A stretch of DNA of 64,000 bases from Camelus ferus (taxonomy: Eukaryota): contig NC_045697.1 of the NCBI RefSeq assembly GCF_009834535.1, positions 78,990,001-79,054,000 of the forward strand. The letters are read 5' to 3'. The notes beneath the pieces were generated by a model. It had not been told where the DNA came from. It did not search any database and worked only from the letters and a program-made list of their open reading frames with translations. This document shows, piece after piece, positions 1 to 13,408 of this stretch (its first letter is position 1; the number at the start of each line of letters is the position of its first letter). The position numbers and the translations under genes are program-made.

Positions 1-1360
1 TCCCTTGAGAAACTTCCAGGGGGTATATGAGGTTAAACTATTTTGATAATTATGCTAAGATATTATTTAACTTTTTCACTGTCTTGACATTTGCACTGAT
101 GGTGGATAAAACCACTGGTGCCGTAGCATGAATCAGAGCAGTGGCACCAAATTGTACTAGTTGCCATTGTGTTCTTCACCTCCTTGCACTTGCAATAAGA
201 AAACAAACAAACAAAAAAAGTGTCAATTTCACCTTAGAATGTTCTTGATGAAGCCATAAAAAATGTTAATTTTATTAACCCTTGACCTGCGTGTACATGT
301 CTTTTTAATACTCTGTGTGATGAAGTGGGGAGGATACATAAAGCTCTTCGGCAGTGCACAAAAGGACAATGACTTGCAAAAAAGCACTTATGTGGTCATT
401 TGAGTTATGAGCTGAGCTAACCCTATTTTTCATGGAACACTATTTTTCACTTTTTAAAAAATGACTGACAAACTATGGCTATTGAGATTGAGATTTGGAA
501 AATGTTTTCTTGAAAATGAACAAAGTGAGCTTGTTACCTCAAGAAAAACAAACAGTATGTATGGCCAATGATGAGATTCTAGCTTTCAGGAGAAATTCAA
601 ATTTTTTAAAATTTGTGTCTACCACTATGAGCTTGACAGTTTTCTAAACTTAAAGACTTTCTGATGAGATCAGTGGTGGTATTAACAAGTGTGAATTTTT
701 GATATTGTGTAATGAAATAGATCAACCTTGAGAAGATCTGAATAACTCAGAAAACAAGTATTTTCCAAGTGACCAGTGCATAGTGTTACAAAATTATAAA
801 ATATCCATTAAAAATGCAAGACAGACCAATGGATTTCAGTGTAAGAGGGTACTAAAAGTTTACTGGTGTGGTATCAGATTCCACATTGCAACTAACCTGC
901 AAAAACCTACTGCTAGTCAAATTTTAGTAGGTATCAAAAAGGATGTCCACAGTTATATGAAAAGACTATTAAAATACTCCCTTTTCCCCAACTACATATC
1001 TGTGTGAGGCTGGGCTTCCTGCATACACTTCACCTAAAACAACACATTGTAATACTGACTATAGAAATCCAGCTGTTTTCTATTAAGCCAGACATTAGAG
1101 ACTTGCAAAAATGTAAAACAATACCACTTTTCTCCTCTATAGTTATTTTTCCCTAAAAATATGTTCTATATGTTAACATGTTATGAGTTTATCATTATTT
1201 TTAATGAAGCAATAAATAAATATATCAAAATTATCTTCAGTTTAATTTCTAATATGGTAAATATCCATCACTAAAACCCATGTAAACAAATGCTCCTTGG
1301 GAAGCTCAATACTTTTTTAAAAGTATAAAGCAGTCCTGAGACTAAAGTTTGAGAGCTGCA
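1..1360 (+). mobile_element. hAT-Charlie DNA transposon fossil (Charlie1a-like); left end lies just outside the window
   Basis: Degenerate hAT transposase motifs on +: DICTDG (~87-104), HCVLHLLALA (~166-195), PTTYLCEAG (~988-1014). Right end resembles the Charlie1 terminus (gtcctgagactaaagtttgagagctgcag). Confidence 0.85.
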
Positions 1361-3654
1361 GTCTAAGAGACTGCCTTTTTTTAAAAACTGTAATCCAATG
1401 CTGCCTGATAATTCCTAACAGTTCTTTGTTTGACAAGAATAAGGATTTATAAGATAACTGTAAAATCTTATATAAATTGAATGATAACTTCAAGAAGCTT
1501 ATAATCTTATTTTCATTTTACAAAATCACTTTTACAATTACTACTTTGTCAAAACTAGTATTTCCACGAAATAAAATATTGAGCAGTATCTTCTAATAAG
1601 TTCCTTGGAATTTATTTCCTTAAAAGCCATATATTCTTAACTACAGGCATGTTACGCTAAATATGTCCTGTCTTCATTTAGGCTTTACAAATATGCATAG
1701 CGTGTTATCAGGGCCCACTTAATCTTCACTTAACACAGTTAACTGCCTTAATCTCTCCTTACAAATAAATTCTTCAGTTCTCTTTACCACTATTATTTCT
1801 CACTTCTGGACTTCCTCCAGTGTTTCTTTTCTAAGAGCTCACAAAACAGCATTTGAATTCCAGGTGTGACCTCTCCCAATAGATGGGAGTGATCTGTTCT
1901 CTGCTCTCCCAAAGAAAAGCCCAAAATAATGCTAGGCCATCACCACTGAACCTTATCTAACCTTTTTGTCCTCAGTCACCTTGAGATGGCTATAGTATTC
2001 ACTGGCTTCCAGGTTGTTCTTTCCTACTGACTTTCAGAATCGCAGATCAATTTCCCACATTTTAAATGTGGGAAGAGATGACCTTATTGACACTCTCAGT
2101 TCTCTAAGATTAAAGTAGTTGTGATGAAAAGAAAGTTCAGTAAGAACAAGAACATCACTCAACAGTAACAACTGTATGTAAATGTCTGCACACATGTTTA
2201 AAAGTTGTGAAAGATAATTATTTTAGTCACACAAATTCAGCCATCAAAAAATAACATACAGTTTGGTTCAATTACCTCTTCTTTATCCTTGGGGTGCACC
2301 AGTCTCTCAGAATCCCATTATTTTCCTTTATAATTTATTACTAATGTGTCTTTTCTTAGCAAAAGGAAGGAAAAGCATATTATAGAAATTGTTCTCTCAA
2401 AGGGAAAAATCATATTTTATGTGGATTTTTTTCACAAAGTAGGACTCATATAGTTTTGGATATTTAACACTTTTCCATCTGCTAACAAGTGGAATTTTTA
2501 AATTCTCAGCTTCTTGAGAGAAGCAATCACTATTAAGCAGAAATAAGTTGGGGGGGTGACACCCAAATTAAAAAACTACTGTTCAATTAATTGGAAAAGG
2601 CTATGCATTTATAGATGTTTTCTGCAGATATCATAAAAGAAAATAATACAGAAGAAAATTTAGTGTAAGTGTAAATGATATTCCTTTGATTATTTCTGAG
2701 ATGGATTTTATAAAATGCTTGTTTCAGGAGAAATAAATGAAATTTAGAATGGAGAGATTACAACAAAGCATTGTACTTGATTGATGTTCTCCTTATTAAA
2801 GAGAAATTACTCCAACCATGATTGACATCTATTTCTGTTTTGCAGCATGTAAGTCAAATGCACTGTTAATAGTTATATCTATGCACTATTCCCAGCTCCA
2901 TGAAAAATAAGTCATTTTCAAGAAGCTGATGTTTATGCATTTACTTTGTAAAGTTAATATGGTTATTAGTTAGAAACTAAAGAAAATAAGAAAATATAAT
3001 TCATATGTAGTCTAAATTCCTTTGAAAAGAACAAGGATACTTAAGAATATTAAGGAGATTTTGATTTTAAATATTCATTATTCATATTGAAAATTCCCAG
3101 AAAATATGTTGTTTTTTTTTAATTTTCAAGGGACTGTCTTTAAAAAGTTATAAACCTCTATTCCCTTTTTTAAAAAAATAAATAATTGATGGCTATCAGT
3201 GAAGGTTATTGATTCTGTAAATTTTCTTTCTAGGAAAAAAGTAAATCTTCCAAACATTGGTTTTTGAGCCCAGTGTCAATGAGAATGGGGAAACTCCTCA
3301 AATAAGCATAATTTAGCTCCCCTTACCTTTTAAAACAACAATACATCTTATAGACCTTTGCAGATTTACTTACCCAAACAAATCAAAGAGCTTATGTCTT
3401 ATTGTAAAAATTCTACTTAGAAAATTTATATAGTAAAATAATATGTTCCTTTGCAAGACCTGAGGCTCTAGTATCAAGCTTCTAATCACTTTTTCAACAT
3501 GATAATCAAGAACTCTTACTACCTTTACAAAATGTATCCATCCAACTCCCTTGCACCAAGTAAGTTTTTTTGTTGTTGTTGTTGTGGTTAATCCACAAAT
3601 TTTTCTCTAGCGATTTTCTGTTTTGTCTGGAGCTGAGTCCTATTGTTAAATCCC

Positions 3655-3715
3655 TACAATTCAACATATATTTATTGAGAGTCTCAAGTGTGCAAAGCTC
3701 TGAGTTAAGCACTAT
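3655..3715 (-). mobile_element. LINE-2 3' end fragment
   Basis: ttcaacatatatttattgag...gtgcaaagctctgagttaagcact resembles the reverse complement of the L2 3' terminus. Confidence 0.55.
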
Positions 3716-4590
3716 TAAATCCCTGAATCCTGTTGTAAAATCCTATTTTGCCTACAACAATGAATCCTTTCAAAGGGTAAATAATTACAATAACCTTCTA
3801 ACTGGTCCCCATAACTTCAATTTATCCCTCCTTTAATCCCATCTGAAAACTACAGTCAGATGAATTGTAAAATAAAACTTTAATAGCAGCTGTTGAAAAA
3901 AACACAAGTTTCCTCTTTTCTAAAGTAAATTCACATATTATTTTTAGCTGTGGAAACTTTTGTTTAAATAAAATATTTTTTAAAGCCCAATACATAAAAC
4001 TGATAAAGGTAGGATTACTTGGATTAAGGTAGAGAAAAGGGAGCAAAGACCATGGGTTCAAGGGAAATTTAGGTTTCTTGCCTTGCATTGAAGGTGTTCT
4101 ACAAAAAAACCCTCCTTTTTCCTTAACCACTATCTTCCTCCCTCTGTCTCCATTCCTGAAACTTCCGGATCATCCAGACATTTTGATCATTTTCTCTCAA
4201 ATACATTCTGAACCATACTACCTTAATCAACTTTGTTTAGGCTATTTATCCTACATGAAATACATGACTCTTCCCACCTCTTTGACAATTTAATCAATTT
4301 CTAACCATTATTGGAGGCCTAGTAAAATTCTTCCTGCTTTCATACTTTTCTTAGTGACATAAAAAGTAGTGAAATTCCCTCCTATGCTTATCACAAGGAC
4401 AGCCATTTAGCATTGTTAGGTAATTATATTAGGATAGCTTTAATATAGTTTAAGATAGTTTTTCCAAAATATCCTCACTGATTCATAAATGTCCTCCCAG
4501 TTAAATGACTTCTAGGCAAACAAGCTTTCAATTCAGATTTCCTGTGTTTGGAGATCTGTCAAACCATTGCCATTCTCAATGTTTTGGTCT

Positions 4591-5104
4591 CTGTCTTAGT
4601 TACCACAAACTTAGTGACCTAAAACAACACACAATTATTTCTATGGGCCAATTTAGCTGAGTCTTCTGCTTAGGGTCTCACAAGGCTGCTGTAAATAAGG
4701 TATCAGCTAGGGCTGCTGTCTCATCTGAAGCTTGACTGAGGAATCTGCTTCCAAGTTCACATGGTTGTTGGCCATATTGGGCTCCTCAAAGGTTGTTGGA
4801 TCAAGGCCCCTGTTTCCTGCTGCCTGTCAGCCAGAGGCCACCCTAGTTTCCTGCCACGTGACCTGCTACATAGGCAACTCATAACATGACAACTTGCTTC
4901 ATCAAAGCAGCAAGAAAAGAGACAGGCATTATCATTTATGTAACATAATCACATACACATAATCATATACATCCTGTCACCTTTGCCATAATCTACTTGG
5001 CTAGACTAAAGTCACAGTTTCTGCTCACACTCACGCAGAGGGGGTTACCCACAGGCTTGAGTACCAAGAAGCAGGGATCATGAGGGCCACAAGCCTGTCT
5101 GCCA
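4591..5104 (-). mobile_element. MLT1-family (ERVL-MaLR) solo LTR
   Basis: Typical MLT1 segments: taccacaaacttagtgacctaaaacaacac, ctgcttagggtctcacaaggctgc, gctgctgtctcatctgaagcttgactg, ctgcttccaagttcac. Confidence 0.75.
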
Positions 5105-8059
5105 GTCTGCTAAAATTACTATATCAGTGAAAGGACACTTAAACTAATGAAGTCAAGAAAACTTGTAAGTTGGTTCCAGACATCTGGGGGATCTTCACAC
5201 ACATTAGTAAAAGGTGTACATTATGCTGCAGCATGCTCAGCTGTTTTATAAATAATAGTGTTAGAACACGGAAGGAAATTTTCTCAGTACATATATTTGG
5301 TAATACCTGTTCAAAAATTGGAAGGGCTAATCTGAATTTTCCTCTTAGTCAAAGAACTTTTCCAGCAGACTGGTTAAGAGAAGGACTAAAGTCTTGGAGA
5401 TGGTGGAATTCCATGAACTCCACTTACCAATAAAACTGGCTTTGGAAAGACTGATTGATTTAGGACAGAGTGTTGCACATCGCCATCAGTGCCTTACAGA
5501 AGCATGCTTCCAAATGTCCTCTTCCAGAGAATTTGGCCAAAAGCAGAGGACCATGACTGGGTTCAGTGAAAGTCTGAGTTAACCTCAAAGGCTAGAACAT
5601 CTATAGGGGAAAGAAGTGAGAGGAATTCATAGGAAAAATAGAATAGAGGAACTGTCATTAAATTGTCATCAAATCAGGCTCCACACATCATTCAAAGTTC
5701 TCAATGAGGAAATCTGTCAAGTAAATTAAGGAAATAGACAAAGGGATTGTTTGGGTTTACAAATTTTTCAAAAATGGGACTAGATCTACAGTCAGGTCCC
5801 AATATGAGTTTTCTTTGACATGTCTCAAACCCAAGCATAAGAATCATCTGTTCACTCATCCTTAGGGAGACATGTACAAAATATATATCTCAATGGGGTG
5901 CCAGATCCTAGTCAGTTTTTTCTTTAACTTTCTTAATAAAAGAAGGGATTTGGACATTTTTCACACTAGGAGAACACTTTGGAAAAGCTATGTTAGTGTG
6001 AGGCCAACAAAGTTAGTCAGTTATTTCTCCATAAATGAATTCTAAGGGCTTAAATATTTTATATTATTTCTCTCCACAAATATATATATGTTATATATTT
6101 TCCTCTAGGTTATTGCAAAGTTTCAGGAGTCGATGACCGTTTTCTAGAGTTAAACCTTTGCAAAGATTATACTGAAAAGACTCATAAAAATAGATCTGTA
6201 GCTACTTTTTTTATAGATGTATCTCAAGTGCCTAAAACAACACTCAATATATTAGCTGCTCAATATTTTTTGAGTGAATGAACAAAAAATTAGAACTGGG
6301 AATGATTTCAAAGTTCATGTAGTCCAGCTGATGCCTTGCTCAGTGTAGTACTCCCACAGCTTCCTAATCTTGAGTTCCTGTAAATATTTACAAAATTAGA
6401 GTTGACAAAGTTTATTCCAAACCATTATTTTATTTCATCTTCGACAAAATGCTCTATGATCAGTATTAATACCCTTCACTTAACAGATAGAAAAACAGAC
6501 TCTAAAAAGTTATGTGTCCAAAATAACACAGAAGTGGAGTCCCAGCTAGTTTGTTCCATTCACATGTAACTTTATGTGCTTGGCCTCATTTTAGACACCC
6601 ATACAATAAAGATCATCTATACCCACTTCCTGCCAGCCTGAACCCTCTTCCTTCTGATTAAAAAATCATTTCTTTGCTGGGAAGGGCAGGGTGAGCCAAG
6701 CAACCTTGAGCAACATCAAAGCTGCCAATTTTCTGGAAAGGCTGTCAGTGCATCCTTGTGGCTCTGTGTTCAGCCACTCTGTGTTAGGAAGACTGCCTAC
6801 CCTCCATTCTAAAGATTCAGAAAAAGACCTCACTGGGGTGGTCCCCATCATCCTAGCTCCTAGTCACATTGTCAATCTAAAAGAGAGCAACTACAGTTGT
6901 TTGTCAAGCACCACGTGTGTCAAGACCTAAAACCTAAGGCAAGAATGAAGAGAAGAAAGAGCTAAAGGATTTTCACAGTGGTCTCCAAGATAGTAGACAC
7001 TCAATGAATGTTAATAATTATAAACTTTGTCAAATGTAGGTTTTTCAAAGTCTGCTTTTACTAATAGCATTCTTCTTTCACCCTTATCAGAAATCTGGGT
7101 GGACTTCCTTCCTAGGAACACAGATCAAAAGCAAAAAACTGTTTTCTAACTGAGGCAACAGCATGAAACTAAAAAGAACTAAAATTCATTCAAATGTAAG
7201 CCAGATGCCAGCTCCCTGGATGTCCCCATGTCCTCCCACTATTAGTTTAGCCTATTCTTTATCTGAATCTATCTTCCACTAAGGAGAGGAAATCCAGAGT
7301 CTCTCTGTTTCTCTAGGGATTCAGGCTGAGGCGGTGTATTATGTTGACTATAATTACCTCTGGCTTTCAGTTATTGCTTTGTCACAATTCTCTAACATTA
7401 ATATATGTTATGACTTTTCCCTATTCTATTGCCCTTTTAAGACGATCCTGCTACTAATCCTGGGTACCAACAAAATTCAGAGAAGTTTTTACTGAAGGCT
7501 TACACCTAGCAAAAGAACCCAGCATACCACCTCAAAAATTATATATATATATATAATATCCCTAAATTATATATATATATCCCTAAAGACCTTATTATCT
7601 GGGGGGGGTTGAGCTTTATAAAAAATATTGTTACTTAGTATATCATTTTCTGAAACTTGATTTTCTTTATCACATTTCTAAAATTTACCCATATGGTTTC
7701 AGCTTCAACAATAATGATAATGTTCTGGTTCTTAGGTGGTGAGTTCATAACTATTATATTGTTATGCTTCAAAAATTAAATATCATTCTTTCATTTGTAT
7801 CAAGTATTGTATTCCAAAAACATTTTTAACTAAATATTAGCCACTCCAGTTCTTAAAATTCTGACAGCCATTAACACCTCCAGGAACTTCTCCTTCTCCA
7901 TCCAACTTTATCCATTCCATGGAGCTCAGTCAAAGACCACATTAATCAGCTCTGTTGTCCCTTCCTTCTTCCCTCCTCTCAGTTGCATTCCTCTAAGTGC
8001 AGCTAAATCCTTCACTCCTATCACTGATTTTTCCAAATGTATTATTCAATGTTAACTTG

Positions 8060-8468
8060 TAATAAACAAATCTCCAACTCCTAATATTATGGAAACTTAA
8101 TGCAATAATACAGTATTCTTGTTCATATAAAATCCAGAGCTAAAGTTCCTGGCCAGGAGATGGCCTGGGTAAGCTGTTCCAATGCATCACCTCAGAATTC
8201 AGGCTTTTGCCATTTTATGTCCCACCATCTCAAAGTCCTTCTCTTCCTGCTGTGCGGTTAGGGAAAATGAGCAAGACAGATCTCACAGATCTTACAAGGA
8301 TTTCTTATTATCAGGTCTGGAGTGGCATGCATCACTTCTACTCAGTTTCCATTCAAAGAGCCCAGTGACACAGTTCCCCTAGACACAAGGGACTATAGGT
8401 AAATCTATGACTTCCTGTGTGCCAAGAGAAAAATTAAACAGTTTGGTGAACTTATAGTATTGCCTCTG
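8060..8468 (-). mobile_element. Old MLT1-family LTR (MLT1K/L-like)
   Basis: catcacttctactcagtttccatt...cttcctgtgtgccaagag...tttggtgaac resemble the MLT1K/L end region. Confidence 0.55.
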
Positions 8469-8540
8469 TTTTGTTTTTGTTGTTTTTATTTATTGTTTGT
8501 TTGTTATTTGCTTGTTATTTTGTTTTGTTTTTGTTTTTGC
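8465..8540. repeat. Low-complexity (TTTTG/TTG)n tract
   Basis: Directly visible T/G-rich degenerate repeat. Confidence 0.8.
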
Positions 8541-9380
8541 TTCTCCAGCCTGTTCAGGCTATTGTGGGAAACAAGGAGGCAGAGGGTAGAAAGGTTTTTT
8601 TTTAATATATATATCTTTCATACACAAGTAGAATATCAGGCTATTTTCTATACAAAAATAAAACTCTTTACATGAATGGATTTGCTACTACCATAAAATG
8701 GGGAGGAGGGCTCTTAGAGAAAATAACAGTTTTCCTTAGCAACACTTTTATTTAGCATTGGCATTCCTTGCCATTCCTAGGAATAGAGAAGGTCAGAATG
8801 AAAAAAGTCAACTGAGGTTCTGAACCCATTCATTTTTTTCAATTTGTTTCAGAGTCAGCTGCCTTAAAAACCAAGAGAAGAAGCTTTAAGAGGTAAAAAG
8901 GTATTCTGAATTACAAAACGTTTGGTTTGCATATAAAGAGTCACAGCTTGGAGGACTAATATGGAGTTTATGCCATAGCCTTAGAGTAAAGAAAACAATC
9001 ATGAAGGAAGAGATGTTTCCCCAGTTCAGAAGGAGGTTATATGTTGGCCAATGGGTGGGAAAGGAAGAATCAAAGGAGACTTACTAGAGTGTAAATATTG
9101 GTAGCTACTTGAGAAAAGGTCTAGTGTTCCATCTCCTTAGACTAAATGATTGGAAGAATGACAGGAGGGAAGGAGGAATCTCAAGATAGCATACTGATAG
9201 AAATCTCAGATGAGTTTGAAGACATTTCAGAACAGAAGGCTCATTGTCTGGCTATAAAGAGTGTAACCAGGAGCTGGGTAGAGAAGTCCTCCATTCAACA
9301 CTGCACCTGAAATAGCAGTGGTTGAAGGAGGTCTAGATGGATGGGTCTGAGAGCTTCCTCATAAGAGTCTCAGTATTCCA

Positions 9381-9725
9381 ATTATGCTAAGTGAAATAAG
9401 TTAGACAGAGAAAGACAAATTATCATTTATACAGGGAATATAAAAAAATACTATAAACTAATGAATATAACAAAAAAGAAGCAGATTCACTAGTGGTTAC
9501 CAGGGGGGAGAGGGAAGGGGAGGAGAAATACAGGAGTAGGGGATTAAGAGGAACAAACTATACTTTATAAAATAAGCTACAAGGATATATTTACAACATG
9601 GGGAATACAGCCAATATTTCATAATAAACTACACATGGCATATAACCTTTAAAAATTGTGAATCATTCTATTGTACACCTGTAACTGATATACTATTGTA
9701 CATCAACTATACTTCAATTTTAAAA
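9381..9725 (+). mobile_element. 5'-truncated LINE-1 (3' UTR end), cetartiodactyl type
   Basis: attatgctaagtgaaataagttagacagagaaagacaaat ... G-rich tract ... ttgtacatcaactatacttcaatt. Closely similar to the L1 ends at 45760-46120 and 23280-23640. Confidence 0.93.
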
Positions 9726-10067
9726 GCATGATAATTAGTCAAAGACAGTTAAAAGACAAGTATTGAGCACAGCATCATTAAAAAGAGTCTGATTAGAGAA
9801 GTTTTTTTCCAAGCCTTAGGAATTGCTATTTGTCAGTATCCTGTGTGGTGTGTGAAAGTCTTTTTTAAGCTAGAAAAGTGAGAGAATCTAATATAGTGCT
9901 ATTTGAATTATTTAACTTATGAACATAATCACAAGTACTCATGCATTATCCACAGAAAGTGTAATTAAATGTAGGATACCATTTCACAAATAATGCTTCC
10001 AAATGCCACAGATGCATTTCTTAAATATAAATAAATTCACATTATTTTGTAACTGGAAAAAAAAAAA
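9726..10067 (+). other. L1 3'-transduced unique flank with its own AATAAA and poly(A)
   Basis: Lies between the L1 end and the second TSD copy (aagagtctcagtattcca 9363-9380 vs aagagtctcagcattcca 10066-10083). AATAAA at 10030-10035, A11 at 10057-10067. Confidence 0.85.
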
Positions 10068-10699
10068 GAGTCTCAGCATTCCAGAAAGATAGAGATGCAG
10101 CAAACAAGAGTTCCCTAGCAACTCCAACAGAGACTATACAAGACTGAAGTAAAAAGCACAAAAATGCCTTGCAGTGAGCTAAGAATTAGGGGCATGATAA
10201 GGTGTGAATTCAGCATCAAGGACAGAGGCCAATACCCAAGACCAAGATGAAAGAGAGACACCATAGTGGAGGCCATAGAGCGCACAGGAGGTCCAGCAGG
10301 TCGGTTAGCTGGCTTTCAGCGTCAGAAAGAAACATGAGATAACCAGCATCGCCATGCCCCAAGAGGGCCAGGTTACAGAATCATAATTAGCTAAGTTGTT
10401 ACCAAAAGAGACTTAAAGTAGAACTGAAAGTGCTAATTACCTTAAATTGGCAACAATGATTTGGCCTTCATCAACAAAAAAATGGGGATGGACTTGAGTA
10501 AGCTTATGTTAATTATAGGAAAACAAAGAACACTGCATTTTTTGCATACAAGCTGGAACTTGAATCCATTTTCAACTTTATCTCTTCTCTAACCTTTTGT
10601 TGATGGCATATTGTGTTTTAGGCTTTGTACTAGATGTTAAGAATGCAATGATTAATAAATCTAAGTTCCTGAACTTTCATAGTCTTATAGAGGAGTATG

Positions 10700-11130
10700 T
10701 TAGCTAGGCTACAAAACATGTTGTATCTGAATATTTGTACTAGGATATAAGTGTTCTAAACAAGGGCTTAAACAATAAAGAAGCTTATCTTTGGCACACA
10801 GTTGTCTAAGTGTAAGCAGTGCAGAGTGGATATGGTAGCTCCACAGTATCAGGGACTTTGGCCTCTTCTGTCTTGTTGCTCTGCCATCCCAGGGTGTTGC
10901 CCATATCTGCATAGTCAAAAATGGTCCATCTTACCCAGGTTCCAGTCAGTGGACGGGAAGAGTAAAGAGGTAAGGGAAGGGCATACCCTTTACTTTAAGG
11001 GGCACATCTCAGAAGTTGCACACAACATTCTGTGTGCAGAGCATCGGCAAAAAACCCAGTCCTACAGTCACACATATTGCAAGGGAGGCTGGGAAAGGTA
11101 GCTCTCATTGGGACAGCCACATGCCTGTCT
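10700..11130 (-). mobile_element. Old MLT1-family LTR (MLT1K-like) nested in L2
   Basis: ggcttaaacaataaagaagcttatc ... cttctgtcttgttgctctgccatcc ... gcaagggaggctgggaaaggtagctc. Confidence 0.65.
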
Positions 11131-11229
11131 TTTTCAATACATAAGGCCAGACCAGACATTGGGAGACAACTATAACATCTGCTTTAGTCTGCTCTTCTGG
11201 CTTCTCAAACATACATGACATATGATCCA

Positions 11230-12090
11230 ACGAAAGAAGAAAATAACTTTTGGAGGAAAAATAGAGGAAAGTAAAGAGGGAAGCATGCTGATCAGGGAAG
11301 CCTTCAGAGAAGAACTGACGCTTGAACTGAGTCTCATAAGATGAGTAGAAGTTCACAAAGACAACAGAGCAGAGTAAAGGGATTTAGAGGGAAGGAAAAT
11401 TAATATGTGCAATATCATAGAAGTGTGACCTTTGCTGTTGCATTTAGGGAATTGCAAGTAGTTCAATGCCGCCAAAGCATATGGAGGAATAGATGGGGAC
11501 GAGATCGGCTAAATATAAAGAAATCAGATAATAAACAGCCTTCTATCGCTAGCAAGGAATTTGGCCATTGCTCTGTAGGTAAAAGGGAAATGCTGATGAA
11601 TTTTAAGTAGAGAAGTAACATAACCATGTTTATATATTTAAGAGATTACTCTTAAGACAATGCAGAGAATAGATGAGCCTGGAGATAGGGATAAGATTTA
11701 GGAGGCAGCTGCAACTGTACAAAAACAAGATTATAAGTGTATTACTTATGGCAATACGCATAAGAAATAAGAGCTTTAGGGGACAGATTCTGTAGGGCTT
11801 GGCAATTAACTGGAAGTAGAAGTGAAGGGGAAGGAAGATCATTGATGCCTGGATGGATGCAGCTTAAGAACTGATTTCAAAATAAGATCATAGATATGTT
11901 GAGTTTGAAGGTACTAAGGATACTACAAAACACCTGAGTGAAGGTGACCAATATTCATATAAAAATAAAAATCTGAAGTTAAAGAGGTCTAAAATGGAAA
12001 TGTGTAATTGGAATCATCAATGTGAGGTGATAGTTGAAATATTTAACATCAATCTATGAAAATACATGGCTTGAGAAAACATCTGAGAAT
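11230..12090 (-). mobile_element. LINE-2 fragment
   Basis: atcagggaagccttcagagaag..cttgaactgagtctc, ggaatttggccattgctctgtagg, gatatgttgagtttgaagg resemble reverse-strand L2. Confidence 0.75.
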
Positions 12091-12177
12091 GGAAGTTTGC
12101 TTAGTATTCCATGCCAAGTAGTATATCAGACACTGTAAAGCATTTCTGGAAATCAGATTTCAAGGTTCTGATCCACA

Positions 12178-12350
12178 CAAGTAATAAGGTCTTACTGTAT
12201 AGCACAGGGAACTATATTCAACAGCTTGTAATGACCTATAATGAAAAAGAATATATATATATATGTATGTATAACTGCATCACTATGCTGTACACCAGAA
12301 ACTAACACAACATTGTAAATCAACTATACTTCAATAAAGAATTTTAAAAA
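12178..12350 (+). mobile_element. Short LINE-1 3' end (artiodactyl L1 type)
   Basis: aaggtcttactgtatagcacagggaactatattcaa ... tgctgtacaccagaaactaacacaacattgtaaatcaactatacttcaataaa. Confidence 0.9.
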
Positions 12351-12904
12351 TAACAAATTCAAAATTTATTTAAAGTTTATTGGGAGATGACAGTGAATCA
12401 GTAAAGAGAAGGAACTCTACTGCTTTATGGTAGAGGAGGAGGAAGAAAACATTAAAATAATGATTTTAATAGAGTGAAAATTAGAAGATCTGGATGCCAA
12501 TCCCAGCTCTGTCCTTTACAAGCAGGTTGACCCTGGGCACAGAAGAAACAGATTTTCAAAGTGAAAAAAGAACCATGTGCAGAAAGAAGCAAAGACCTTG
12601 GAAATTGAAAGTAAACTGCTTGTATTTCCATTTTCTCAATTCCTGGCCTTCCCTGGCATTTCTTCATTCCTATCTTTGAGTTCCACAAAACACCACTGTA
12701 ATTTATAATAGACTTCTCTCTTTCCTCTTAGTCCAAAATAAATTGATTTATTTCTTGCAACAATAAGATCCTAATATACAAATTCAATATCCTTTTAAAA
12801 AGAAAAAATGATTTTCTTCTACATGGATATGTGGTTTTCTTAGTTCAATGCAAGAGAAAAGGAAGTGTGAGGAGGAAAGGGGGTAAGAAAAACTATCCCT
12901 ATCT

Positions 12905-13408
12905 ATGGCAGAGATGGTTAATTACCATTCTATATACATACCTTCTTTTATCAATAGAAGAACCCACATTTTATTTGATAATTGGTTGAAAGCAGTCTGC
13001 AGTATCCCTTGTAGCCAGGCATGACATGTGACAAATTTCTGAATGATGAGATGTAAGTGGAAGATGATATTGAAACTTCATAGAAGACTGCTGAAAGAAC
13101 ACTAACTCATTTAGAAAATATTTGTTTATCCTTTCTTCCTTCCTTCTTCCTGCATCCTGGACACCTGACATGAGGGCAGGAGATCCAGCAGCTATCTTGG
13201 ACCCAGAGGTGATCTTGAAAATGAAAACCATCCACAGAATGATAGATAAGATGGTAGAAGGTGCCCAGGTCTCTGATGACCATAGAATCACCAAAAGAGC
13301 CTCTTGTGCTCTCTTCTCTGTTTCCTTCATATGGATGAGAAATAAATTTTGTCTAAGACATTTGGGGTTTGCTGTTATTATGCAGTTAAATCTAATTGTA
13401 GCAGATAC
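12905..13408 (+). mobile_element. MLT1J/H-like LTR
   Basis: catgtgacaaatttctgaatgatgagatgtaagtggaag, cagcagctatcttggacccagaggtgatcttg, ttggggtttgctgttattatgcag. Confidence 0.75.
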
